This document shows positions 33,240-64,000 of a DNA stretch of 64,000 bases, piece by piece (the first letter of the stretch is position 1; every line of letters begins with the position of its first letter). The stretch is from Lama guanicoe (Eukaryota), in assembly GCA_013239625.1 (NCBI GenBank), contig MU053758.1, positions 1,302,001 to 1,366,000 on the forward strand, given 5' to 3'. The notes under the pieces were generated by a model that was not told the DNA's origin, searched no databases, and saw nothing but the letters and a program-made list of their open reading frames with translations. A program made the position numbers and the translations under genes.

Positions 33240-36200
33240 AAAATAAAAATAAAGCGGACTTTATTTAGAAGATAAAGGTGGTGGTATCAGTTTTGGTTAA
33301 TAAAGTCGGGCTCAAGTGTTTGAACAGGTCTTTCACTGCCATCACAGACTGGCATGCCAAGGGCATTCTGAATGCCAATTACAAACTGAAGTTGTTTCAG
33401 AAACCAAGATGCTATCAAAAGCTGATGGAGTCTGGATTTCTCTTAAAGTCAGACTAACACATTTCTTAAATATGAGTGACTAGATTACTTGGTTCTGAAA
33501 ATGAAAACACTACACTGAGCAATTCCCCTCCTTCACAAGTCCCTAAGGCAATGTTATAGTTGCCTCTGACAGCCAAAATCTCACCATTTCAGAGGGGAAC
33601 TGAGGGGAACTGGGAAAATGAAAAGCAAAATTAAGTGTAACTCATATAGGCAGCTGCCACTTGTGGCAAACCAAAGCCTAGTCCGATGCCGATTTTCTTC
33701 ACATTTGCACTGACATCTTCCCAGATGGTAACTACATTCTTGAAGGAATGTGCCAAGACTAGGGAAAGGAAGGCCCAGTGAGTGGACAGAATGCATTTTG
33801 CATCTGGTTTCCTTAGGTGGTACAAATGATTAAGGACAAATACCCAGTGGAAAGACCCACTAGTCAAAGGTAACTAGAAAAAGAGGAGGATAATAAATGC
33901 ATAACCAGTGCAGAGTAATTGTGAGGCACCAAAACCACAATCCAACCAGCCCATTCTCCTCCTCTCCATCACTGAATGGATCTGGGAGAAAGCATTAATA
34001 ACAGCACTTGTCAACTGCTTCCCTGGAACAAAACATGACAAAACACACGGAAGGTTTTGTTTGCATTATGGTTCTCGGTGTACTTTATTCTCCTGCTGTC
34101 TAGCTAAGCAGCCCACACAGGACAGAAATGGGTAGCACTGAGGAATGATCAGATTTTTTTTCTCCCCAATATTCCTGCCCCCTCCGTAAGCCCTGTCCAA
34201 CCCCTATCAGGAATGGTTCGTGTATCAACCTCTCCCTCAATGAACAACCAAAATTTAAACACAAGGCATTACAGGGCTGGGTTTCTTCACAGGGCTTAGG
34301 AGCTGGTGTGAGCTTTTTATTCACAATGGAGCGTCTTTCCTTCAAACACCTGGATTTTTTTTTTTTTTGTACACTGGTTCATAGATCGGCACTTGACTTT
34401 GAACCTGGCACCAAAAGGCACAATATCTGATACCCTGTACAAGAGCTATTAGAGATGCTGCCATATGGATGGGCAAAACTGAGCCAATCCCATTTATGAA
34501 TGGAAGGCTTGAACAGGGAGTTGGCAAGGAGAAAAATGTAAGCCCATTTTTTTTTGCTAGAATGGAAATGAAAATGGGAATTTAAGGTCTTGTTTTTTAA
34601 ACCTCCAAATACCAGGAAGCAATTTAAAATCTTCCTTGGTGCTTTTGAAAGCAGCATATTCAAAATGCCAGCAAAAACTCCTAGTAACTGCAAAACCAAA
34701 AGGGGAACAAAGCTCACCAACATCCCTCCTTATTGCTGAAAGATTCTAAAACCAAAATTCAGAGTGCCCTGTTCCCTTGTAAAAGGGAAAATAATTAAGT
34801 CTGATTTATTGTTATCACAGCACATCACACTTTAAAAAAATATATTAAAGCGTGTGACTGGGGGAATGTTTTGACACCATTTTATTAATCTTCAACTTCA
34901 GTGGAAAAATATAACCTTTTTCAAGTGCCATTTTCATCACGAGTTCTAGCATATATATATATGTGTGTGTATATAAATGTATATATATACACACATACAT
35001 ATTCCTTTCTTTTTGATTTGATTAGTTGGTTTTGAAGTGCAGCAAGAGACCATTACCGCATTGTAATCAATCAAATAAAAGAGAACAGAAGGCCAAGCAG
35101 TTTCCAAATGGTTATTTTTATCAGATTGTTTAAACATTAAATTTATCCTTGTTTGCAATCCAAAATAGTTACCTGAAGTTTGTTGTTTGTGTGTGTGTTT
35201 ACTTTTTATTGTATGTTTGTTTCCTAAACTCTTTGGCACAATTTTCTGGGGGCGTTCAGACTGCCACGATACATGTCAGGAGAGAACTTTTCTTTTGTGC
35301 TGCCAATTCTGAGCATTTAAATTTTGGTTTGTTTGGGCTGTGGCTTTCTTTGTTTTTGAAGTCTGCATTCTTTATTTGTAACAATTGTATTCTTATTTTT
35401 TCTATATCCTCTAACTCCAGAGTTTTCCTTTTCTCCCCCCTCCCCCCCACTTCTACATTCACAGTTGAACCATATTATGAGGAAAGGCGCCTTGATGAAA
35501 AGATCAGGATGGGAGCTCTGACCATTCGTCAGTGTTTTCCCTAGAATTAAAAAAAAAGAAAAAAAAAAAAAAGAAAAAGAAAAAAACCCCAAAAAACAAA
35601 ACCTAAAGAGCGTCTTTCCTTTTTTTTTTTTTCTTCTTACAACTCTTGTGCTGCATCAGTAGACAGAACTTCAGTTAGTTTTATGAAATGCAATGTCTAA
35701 CCCCTTTTTTTCTGGGAAAAAGAAACTGCAATGACTTGAAGTTGAGAATGTGGATACCGCCTCACTCACACACATTCATTCTCAGACTGTAAGGAATCCC
35801 TCACCCTCCTTCTAGCTGGCACGCATACAGTACCGTGTGGCAAAGGTACACCAAAGGTGGGCTTGAGACCCAGGCTCCAACTTTATCAGTAGCAAAGGCC
35901 AGGCTGCCTTTTACAACAAAGCACCACAGCTGAACCCAGTCCCTCCTCCTCTCCCAAACTAGACATTCCACTCTGCACCGGCCAAAAGACAGAAAAGCTA
36001 GTTCTAGCCTCTCCTGGGAAGAGAGAGCTTTCTTTTTTTAAGCAAGTAAATCCACCATTTTTCTCTTTTCCAAGATGGCCGACGTTATGGTTTTCTACGA
36101 AGTCAGTGCTTACTTAGCTCACTAACAGCACTGCTGTTGGCGCTGCAGCTGCTGCTGTGGCAGGATTTTCAATGTGGTGTGTTTTCAAGCCTCACTCACT

Positions 36201-36313
36201 CATCCTCTCATTCCCAAACATTCAGCATCCGTGCACACTCCTCACTTCCGGGTTTTTCAAAAGATTGGAGATTTCCAGTGGGGGTCTCAGGTTATCATCC
36301 CAATGGTAACAGA

Positions 36314-36314
<1 letters not shown>
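33240..36314 (-). other. KPNB1: KPNB1 exon 22: last base of stop codon plus long 3'UTR with tandem polyA signals
   Basis: Acceptor ttttag|ATCTGTTACC at 36314. Minus-strand AATAAA at 35371, 35205, 34881, 34805, 34316 and 33260. The distal end is inferred from the last signal and its U-rich downstream sequence. Confidence 0.8.
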
Positions 36315-57079
<20,765 letters not shown>

Positions 57080-57131
57080 GGCGGAGGTGGTGGCGGAGAC
57101 TCCTTCTTAAGACGACGGTCCGGCCTCTGGG

Positions 57132-57186
57132 NNNNNNNNNNNNNNNNNNNNNNNNNNNNNNNNNNNNNNNNNNNNNNNNNNNNNNN
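57132..57186. other. Assembly gap in the KPNB1 5'UTR
   Basis: Seen directly. Confidence 0.99.
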
Positions 57187-58119
57187 TGGGGTGGGGGGCG
57201 GGGGTCACCACAAGCCCATTCACCGGCTCCCTCTTAGTAGTCGCTCCAGCTCCCCTCCTTCCTCCTTTCCTTCCTTCCTGCCTCCTAATTTGCTGCTGGC
57301 GGGCGGCGGCAGCTGCTTCTCTGACGGCGGGGGAGGGACCCCAGGGGCAGCTCAGAGCGCGGCTGGTGCTCGGGTGGCGGAGGGAGCAAGAAGGAAGGGA
57401 GGCGGTAGGTGAACGGCGGCTCGCAGGGAGGGAGAGAGAGGGAGGGAGGAAGGCGGAGGGATATTCGGGCCGGACCTCTCCGCGGCGGCACCGCGCGCCA
57501 TGTTGATTGGCTGCCTCCGTGGCCACGCGGAATCCCCAATTGGCCAGATGGTTTGCGTTGAAGGGCCGCCCTACGCCCATTCGCCCGCTGGTTTCAAGGC
57601 CCGGGTTGGCTGGGCGGGCAGTGAAATGGGGCGCACGGATTGGCCGAGGGGAGGGAGGCTGGGGTGGGGCAGGCGAGAGCCGGACTCTGATTGGATTGGC
57701 CTGGTAAAGGCCTTGAGCTCAGACCGGCTGCGCGCTGGGAGGAGGGTGGACGGAAGGTAAGACTCCGGGCCCGCGTGATTGGCTGGGATACTAGACGTTG
57801 ATAGGATAGGGCGCCCGAGAGTACTGGGGAGAGAAGTTCGGGGTCCTGGCCGTGGAAAGGCGGGAGGCGCCCCGCCGCTTTAGGAGTCCGGCGCGGGGCA
57901 CGATGGGACGCCCCCGGGAGGGGGCGGAGCTGTGTCAAGGCTGCGGTTGGGAAGGCGCTGTCACTCTGAGGGGCGTGTTGAAGAGGATTTCGCGGGCTCG
58001 AGCGGGGGAGGGGGAACCGTTAAAGCCGTGCACCGCCCCCACAGGAAGCTGCTTTAGTGACTAGGCCTACTTGGTACCAAGCTCTCGGCTGGGAAGGACC
58101 TTGAAGACCCTGCGGTTCA

Positions 58120-58230
58120 ACTTCCAATTTGCAGATGTGGAAACTGAAGCCCAGAGAGGGTATGCAACTTGTCCAAGGTTACTCAGCCGCTTAGTGGCCT
58201 GGTTGGGACTGGACTCAAGCGCTCCTGACT
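58120..58230 (-). mobile_element. MIR SINE
   Basis: tttgcagatgtggaaactgaagcccagagaggg...acttgtccaaggttac. Confidence 0.72.
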
Positions 58231-59389
58231 GCGCTTGGCCTTACAGGCAACTCCTCCAACAAGGTGAATGCTAATACAGTCCGTTTAGACCTATCTATAG
58301 TTTAAGGCCTGGGCTGTTAGAAGGTCTAGCTCATGTAGGGTGGGCATTTGGATTCCTCTTAGACCCCCACCCACAGCTATCAGGTGTTTGGAGTAAATGT
58401 TTCATCCTGCGAAGGTGCCCCTTTTATAAAGGCACAACTGTAAACTGGAAAGAATGTGTGTACAGGCTTAAAGGACTGTGATTCTTAGCCCTTTTTAGTT
58501 ATAAGCCCTGAAAGAAAGTAATGAAAGCCTTTCCTTAGCAAAATACACATAAAGAAAATGTGTGTACAATTTCTTGATTTCTCCTGACATTGGTACGTGG
58601 GCTCCAGGTGAAGAATTTCCTGATTTATTACATTTTCCACTGTACTGACCTAGGGCTAATTGGGGTAGCTAACTTATAGAGCTCTTTACAAAATAGCTTG
58701 AGCTGGTGGAATAATTGCCCTGCTCTAGGCATACTGGGAAAACCTAACAGCAACTCAGTCCTCCGCTGAGAAATTCCGACCAAGAATTAGGAAAGGTTGG
58801 CCAGCTACCTTTAATCCTCAAAAAAGGAAGAAGAGGTCTTTTTCTGCCAGAAATAGCTGCAGTTCTGAAGCTGTAAGTGTGGGGACACAATTCCTTACCC
58901 ATTCTGTGACTATGTTGATTTATTGTGGCTTAGCAGTCCTCCTAACCTTAGCATTTTGCTTCATCTACGAGCTGAGAAAGAATTGCCCTCTGTGTGTAAC
59001 TTTATAAGGAATCAATGAAAGTTAAATGAGATGACATCCATGAAAATCTTTGAATTGTCTTTATGAGAATTATCCGTAACACGGATGATCCACAGTTCTG
59101 TCTCACTCCAGGCCAACTTTCTCCTGTCTTATCAGTTTGCTGAGCCACCTCCTGCTCGACATCCATCCTGATACTACCAGAGGGCAAATGGATTTTTAAA
59201 GTAGCTGGAATAAAATGCTGGGAAGATAAGTGTTTTGCAGTGAAGTTCCAATCATAAATATAAGATCCTTACCACGATCCAACTGAAATATTGTTTTAGT
59301 TGAGCCAAGGTTATTGATGGTGCTGCCTAGTCCTTAGCACTGGATACCATCCTGCCTGCTTCAGCAGATGCTACTGAGGCACTATAATG

Positions 59390-59610
59390 TGAGTGTTCAG
59401 CACTCAGACTTCAGAAACTGACTGCCTGATTTCATTTCCCAGCTCTCCCACCTCTTACCTTGTATAATTTATGTTGCTTATATGGAAAATGGGGCTAATA
59501 ATTATACCTGCCTCATAGGGCTTTTGGGTGATTTTAGTGAGTTGATAAACGTTAAGTGCTAGGAACACTGCCTGGCATACTGTATATGTTGCGTATACAT
59601 TGGCTGTTAT
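59390..59610 (+). mobile_element. MIR SINE
   Basis: aaaatgggg...atacctgcctcataggg...aagtgctaggaacactgcctggcatac. Confidence 0.7.
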
Positions 59611-59619
59611 CCATTTAGC

Positions 59620-60330
59620 ATGTATTTTGTACTAAGCAAGTTGTTCTTGGTCCTTGGCCTATTTAGGGAAGAAAGCCTTTAATCAGTTAATCTCACAAAC
59701 AGATGTAAAGATGTAAAGTTGACAGATGGGAAAGAATGGCCCAGCCACGGGGCTCAGGGAAAGCTTACCTGAGAAAGGGAAGAGAGTTACTCAGCTGGAG
59801 AAAGGAAGAACAGCATATGCAAAGGCCTAGTGATAAGAGAGGGAGCTTGGGGATTATAAGGAATTGCAAGAAAGCCAGTACCCCCAAAACACAGAACAAG
59901 GGATTGAGAAACAGCTAGAGTGTTGAATAAGGGAAAACCCTTGCATGCCATGCAAATGCTTTTGTCTATATCCTAAGACCAAAGAGCAGATATTCAGAAG
60001 TTTTAAAAAGGCTGGTTGTAACATGGGGATTACACGGGAAAGAATGAAGAGTCAATGCGAAGAGACCAGTTTGGAGGCCATTGCAGTAATCCAGACACAA
60101 GATGATACTTGTAGAAAGAAGGATAGGAGTAATAGTGGAAATAGAAACAAGTGTAAAAGTTAAAGAACTTAGTAATTGATTGAAAGAAGAGGGAGGTGTC
60201 ACCAGTGTCTAGCTCTCTTGGCTTCACTGTGATGGTGGTGCCATTTGCCGTGTTTCCCAAGTAGGGGGAATTGGAGACCACGTGGTTTGGTAGAATGTGG
60301 AGAGGTACACAGGGGCTTCAGGTTTTATAT
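59620..60330 (-). mobile_element. L2 fragment
   Basis: cagcatatgcaaaggcct...gagaccagtttggaggccattgcagtaatccag...gatggtggtgccattt. Confidence 0.65.
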
Positions 60331-61360
60331 TTTGAGCTGTGTATGGAGTACATGGGTTTTAACATGCTATTCTCTGTAATATGTCATGAGTATTCATGTC
60401 CAGTGAGCAAATTCTGAAATTAAAGAGAGAAACTGGGTTTCAGTCTTATGCTGTGACTTCCTGCTGTATGATCCTGAACAAGTTATATTTAACCTTTTGG
60501 ATCTGTGCCACATCATTGGTTGGTCTGAGCACACACAGGAGGGAGCCTTTCTCCTGTGAAGTGCCAATACAAGTGTCTTGTGCCAGGAGATGCTCACCAA
60601 TGTCTGTTAAACAAGTGAATTCGTGAATGGATGAGATCAGCTAGCATTGCCCGCTCAGTTCCCCCACTAACCCACAATGCGTGTATGTGAGGAGACTGGC
60701 TGCCAGGGGAGCAAAGTTTCCTCCTGAGCAAAGCTGGCAGACCTGAGAGGGCACATGCAACATGTCCTTATGGCTGGTGAGAAGTGACTGTCTAGGTTTG
60801 TTAAAGATGCTTTGTAACTTACTTTGCCATCTTTTCCAGTATTATCCACATGCATCCCCATGTGTACCATTGGTCCAGTCAAGCCAACTGCATCACTGGA
60901 TACTGCAGAAGTACTCATCACTACTCAAATGCCTAGAGTTCTCTCCTTGTCCCTCTCAGTCTTCAAGTCATGCACAAATTTGTTACTTTTTTCATTCTTG
61001 TTAATTTGTTAATTCAGCTACATGAATTTATTAGATGTGCCCCACCACCCACCAGGTTATTTCAGGTATAACATGGGAATGTGATAAAGTCCTTAAGAAA
61101 GGTGCAAAGCAAATATGGAGCTAAATTTCAAACGGGGAAGAGAGATCTTTTTTCCTGGTTTAGTTATGAGAACACTTAGTAGACAAGGGGGCTTTGAGTT
61201 GAACCTTGAAGGACTGGAGAACTTTGTGGATACAGAGATTGCAATGAAACCTTCTCCAACCAAGGTTGTGCACATTTATATCTTCACTTCACTAACAGTG
61301 TGATCTTGGGAATGCTTATTTGATGCCCCTCATCTGTAAAATGGGGATAAGTGTTTTAAC

Positions 61361-61503
61361 CAGGGTTGGCTTAAGGGTGTGAGACCTGTACAGTCACACA
61401 GGCACTTAGAAATGCTGGCCCCTCACTTGGCTTAATGCTCTGCTGTCACCATATTGAAATTCTTAATAATTTTTGAACAAGGGGCCTTGCAAATTGTGTC
61501 CTG
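61361..61503. mobile_element. MER53-like non-autonomous DNA element nested in a MIR
   Basis: cagggttggc...ttaatgctctgctgtcacc..ttgaaattcttaataatttttgaacaaggggcc; MIR halves at ~61290-61360 and ~61510-61615. Confidence 0.6.
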
Positions 61504-61879
61504 ATCTTATCTTGGAGGGTTATTGCAACGTCCTAAGATGTTAATACATGGGAATTTCTTAGAACAGTGAGGGTCTGAAATATGAGGGTTCAGTAAGTGC
61601 TACCTGTTGGTATTATTCTCTGCACCAACTCAGCTCCTATATTTGATCTTGTCAGTGTATTTTATTATAACATTATAGCTCATAGTGTACCTCACAGCTT
61701 ATCTAGCACTTGAACACCTGACAGATATTTTTGAATGCCTGTTTGTAAAGGTACTAGATGGGTCACAAAGATGAATAGGACAGTACTTCCTATCCTAGTT
61801 GATGAAATAAAGCATGTGTTTTTAAGCATACTGATTAGTAATAAATATGTCTTGTGCAGAGTATAGAGATTTTTAAAAG

Positions 61880-61988
61880 TAAATTTCTGGGCTCCACCTT
61901 CAGAGACTCTTATTAGTAGCTCTAGTGTAGGACTTAAGAATCAATTCCCAAGGTAATTTTAATGAATTGTCAAGTTTTGAACCACTGA
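61880..61988. mobile_element. MER5A-like hAT MITE fragment
   Basis: ttctgggctccaccttcagagactct...aagttttgaaccactg. Confidence 0.5.
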
Positions 61989-62004
61989 CATTAATTTCAG
62001 GGAG

Positions 62005-62200
62005 GCCATGTGGAATAGAGGCAAAAAGCTTGCCATTGGTGTTGGTCAGACTGGGATTCAAGTTCTGCCATCTACCAGTTCTGTTACTTTGCCTAAGTTA
62101 GTTAGTCTCTCAGTTTTCTCATTTGTAAAGATTAAAACCATACCTTAAAGATTAAATTTTAAAATGCTTAAAAAAGCTGAGCACATAGTGGACACTTAAT
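62005..62200 (+). mobile_element. MIR SINE
   Basis: cagactgggattcaagttctg...ctcagttttctcatttgtaaa. Confidence 0.65.
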
Positions 62201-62798
62201 TAAGAGTCGTTTCCTCTAGAGGGGGAGATTGTATCCCAGGAAGGGGCCGTCACAGAGGGCTTCCTGGAGGAGAGGATAATCCACCCCATACAAGCAATAT
62301 GGTTTAGATGGGAGAAAGGCTTCTGATTACACGTTCTAGCAACAGTCAAGATATTAGGGGAATATTAGAGGAATGCTAAGTCACAAAATAATTGATGGGA
62401 TTTAGTGGCTGATTAGATACAGAGGAGAGGGAAGATTGAAAGGTGAGTCTTAGGTCTTCAGCTTGAGTATTTTTGAGAGTGAGTCATTTTAAAAACAAGA
62501 TCAAATATAGGAGCTGAGTTGGTGCAGGAGGGTAGAGTAGAGGTTGGGAGAGGGGTCATGTATCCAGTTTTAGAAACATTTAGTTTTTAAGGTCATAAGA
62601 GGACATCCAAGGGGAACTGCACATTCTTGACTGGGATTTGGGAGAAGGGCTGACGCTCAGAAAATAAGAAGTTAGACGTCAATAGACAAACAGTCATTGA
62701 GCTCCCACAAGTAAATTATGTCTTTAAGGACATTATCTATAAAGAGAGAAAAGAAAAAGATTTGGGAATGGAAATGGGGTTACAAAGTAGCAGGCAAT

Positions 62799-62935
62799 GG
62801 GGGAGAGTATAGCTCTAGTAGAGTGCATGCCTAGCATGTGCAGGGTGCGGGGTTCAATCCCCAGTACCTCTATTAAAAATAAATAAATAAACCTAATTAC
62901 CCTCCCACCCCCTCAGAGAAAAAAAACAAACAAAC
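62799..62935 (+). mobile_element. tRNA-Ala-derived SINE (Vic-1-like)
   Basis: Same head and tail; TSD tagcaggcaat (62788) / tagtaggcaat (62936). Confidence 0.88.
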
Positions 62936-63029
62936 TAGTAGGCAATAAGAGTGAGGGAGAAGAGAAAGGAAGCAGCAGTAGAGAAGGAACAGCAGAGGTA
63001 GGGAAAGAAGTGGGCAAGTGGACAGTTAA

Positions 63030-63466
63030 TATTATGATAGAGTAACATTCCCCAGAAGTTGTCCACATGCTAATCCCTGGAACCTGAAAATGTGTTCCTT
63101 TACCTGGCAAAAGGGACTTTGCAGCTATGATTAAATTAAGGATTTTGAGATGGGGAGATTATCCTGGATGATCTGTAATATAATGACAAGGGTCCTCATA
63201 AGAGGAAGACTGGAGGATCAGAGTCAGAGAAGGTGATGTGATGACAGAAGTAAAGGCCTGAGTGATGTGGGGCTGTGAGCCAGGGGATGTCAGCAGCCTC
63301 AGGAAGCTGGAAGAAGCAAAGAACAGATTCTCCCCTAGAGCTGCTAGAGGGAACACAGTGCTGCTGACCCATTTTCAACTTCTTTCAGAACTGTAAGAAA
63401 ATTTATTTTCCTCTAAGCCACTAAGGTTGTAGTAGTTTGTTACAGCAACGATAGGAAACTAATGCA
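63030..63466 (+). mobile_element. MaLR solo LTR (MLT1-type)
   Basis: ctaatccctggaacctg...ggcaaaagggactttgcag...gattctcccctagagc...tttgttacagca...ggaaactaat. Confidence 0.82.
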
Positions 63467-63479
63467 GGAGTTAACAGCT

Positions 63480-63985
63480 AAAAATAGCCTAAATCTAACA
63501 ATGATGGATTCTTTAAATAAGTTATAGCATGTCGGTATGATGGACTATTATAATCGTAGCTAGTCATTAAAAATTATGCTATAGGAGATCATCTAAACAT
63601 GTGGAAAATGTTCATAATAGATTGCCAAGTCCAGAGAGCAAGGTAAAATATTGTAGGTATTTATATTAAAATTTCATCAAGTGGTACAAGATTCATGCAT
63701 TTTATGCACTTGACTAGATGTGGTATACCTCAGTTTAAAAGTTTTGCAGATTCATATAGATGTCCTGTTTGTTCAAAGAAGAGAATCTTGTGTTAAATCT
63801 ATGTATCCATGAATAGGAAAGAGACTAGGAATGTTAATAAACCAAATGTTAATAATGGCTGTCTCTGGATGGTAGGGTTACAGATGATTTTTATGTTCAC
63901 TTTTTATTCTTCTCTGTCTATTCCAACTTTTCTTCAATGAACAGGCATTACTTTTTTGATCAGAAAACATTTTAAAAATTAATTT
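63480..63985 (+). mobile_element. Degenerate L1ME-type 3' fragments
   Basis: accaaatgttaataatggctgtctctggatggtagggttacagatgattttt resembles the L1ME 3' end. Confidence 0.55.
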
Positions 63986-64000
63986 TTTAAAGATCAAGAA

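Overview
Mammalian (not prokaryotic) genomic DNA from a gapped draft assembly, most likely a camelid, judged from four copies of a tRNA-Ala-derived SINE resembling Vic-1. It holds two minus-strand genes. KPNB1 (importin beta-1) has 22 exons; the joined CDS is 2631 nt (876 aa + stop) from ATG 57079 to a stop codon split across the last intron (37035/36314), followed by a long 3'UTR with several polyA signals to about 33240. TBKBP1 (SINTBAD) has 9 coding exons from ATG 24693 to TAG 10949 and shows an apparent frameshift in GC-rich coding exon 8, probably an assembly error. By mammalian synteny (NPEPPS-KPNB1-TBKBP1-TBX21), bases 1-9500 are upstream regulatory DNA of TBX21, which lies outside the window; this part carries several dense immune transcription-factor motif clusters. 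The rest is CpG-island promoters, old repeats (MIR, L2, L1M, MLT1, Tigger1, MER) and three N gaps. I found no new gene system. The most notable observations are an atypical GTTGAGTAT 5' splice site and a splice-generated stop codon in KPNB1, the TBKBP1 frameshift, a KPNB1 uORF and divergent splice donor, and candidate TBX21 enhancers and CTCF sites. Comparisons to human and mouse sequences and repeat family names are from memory and need database confirmation.
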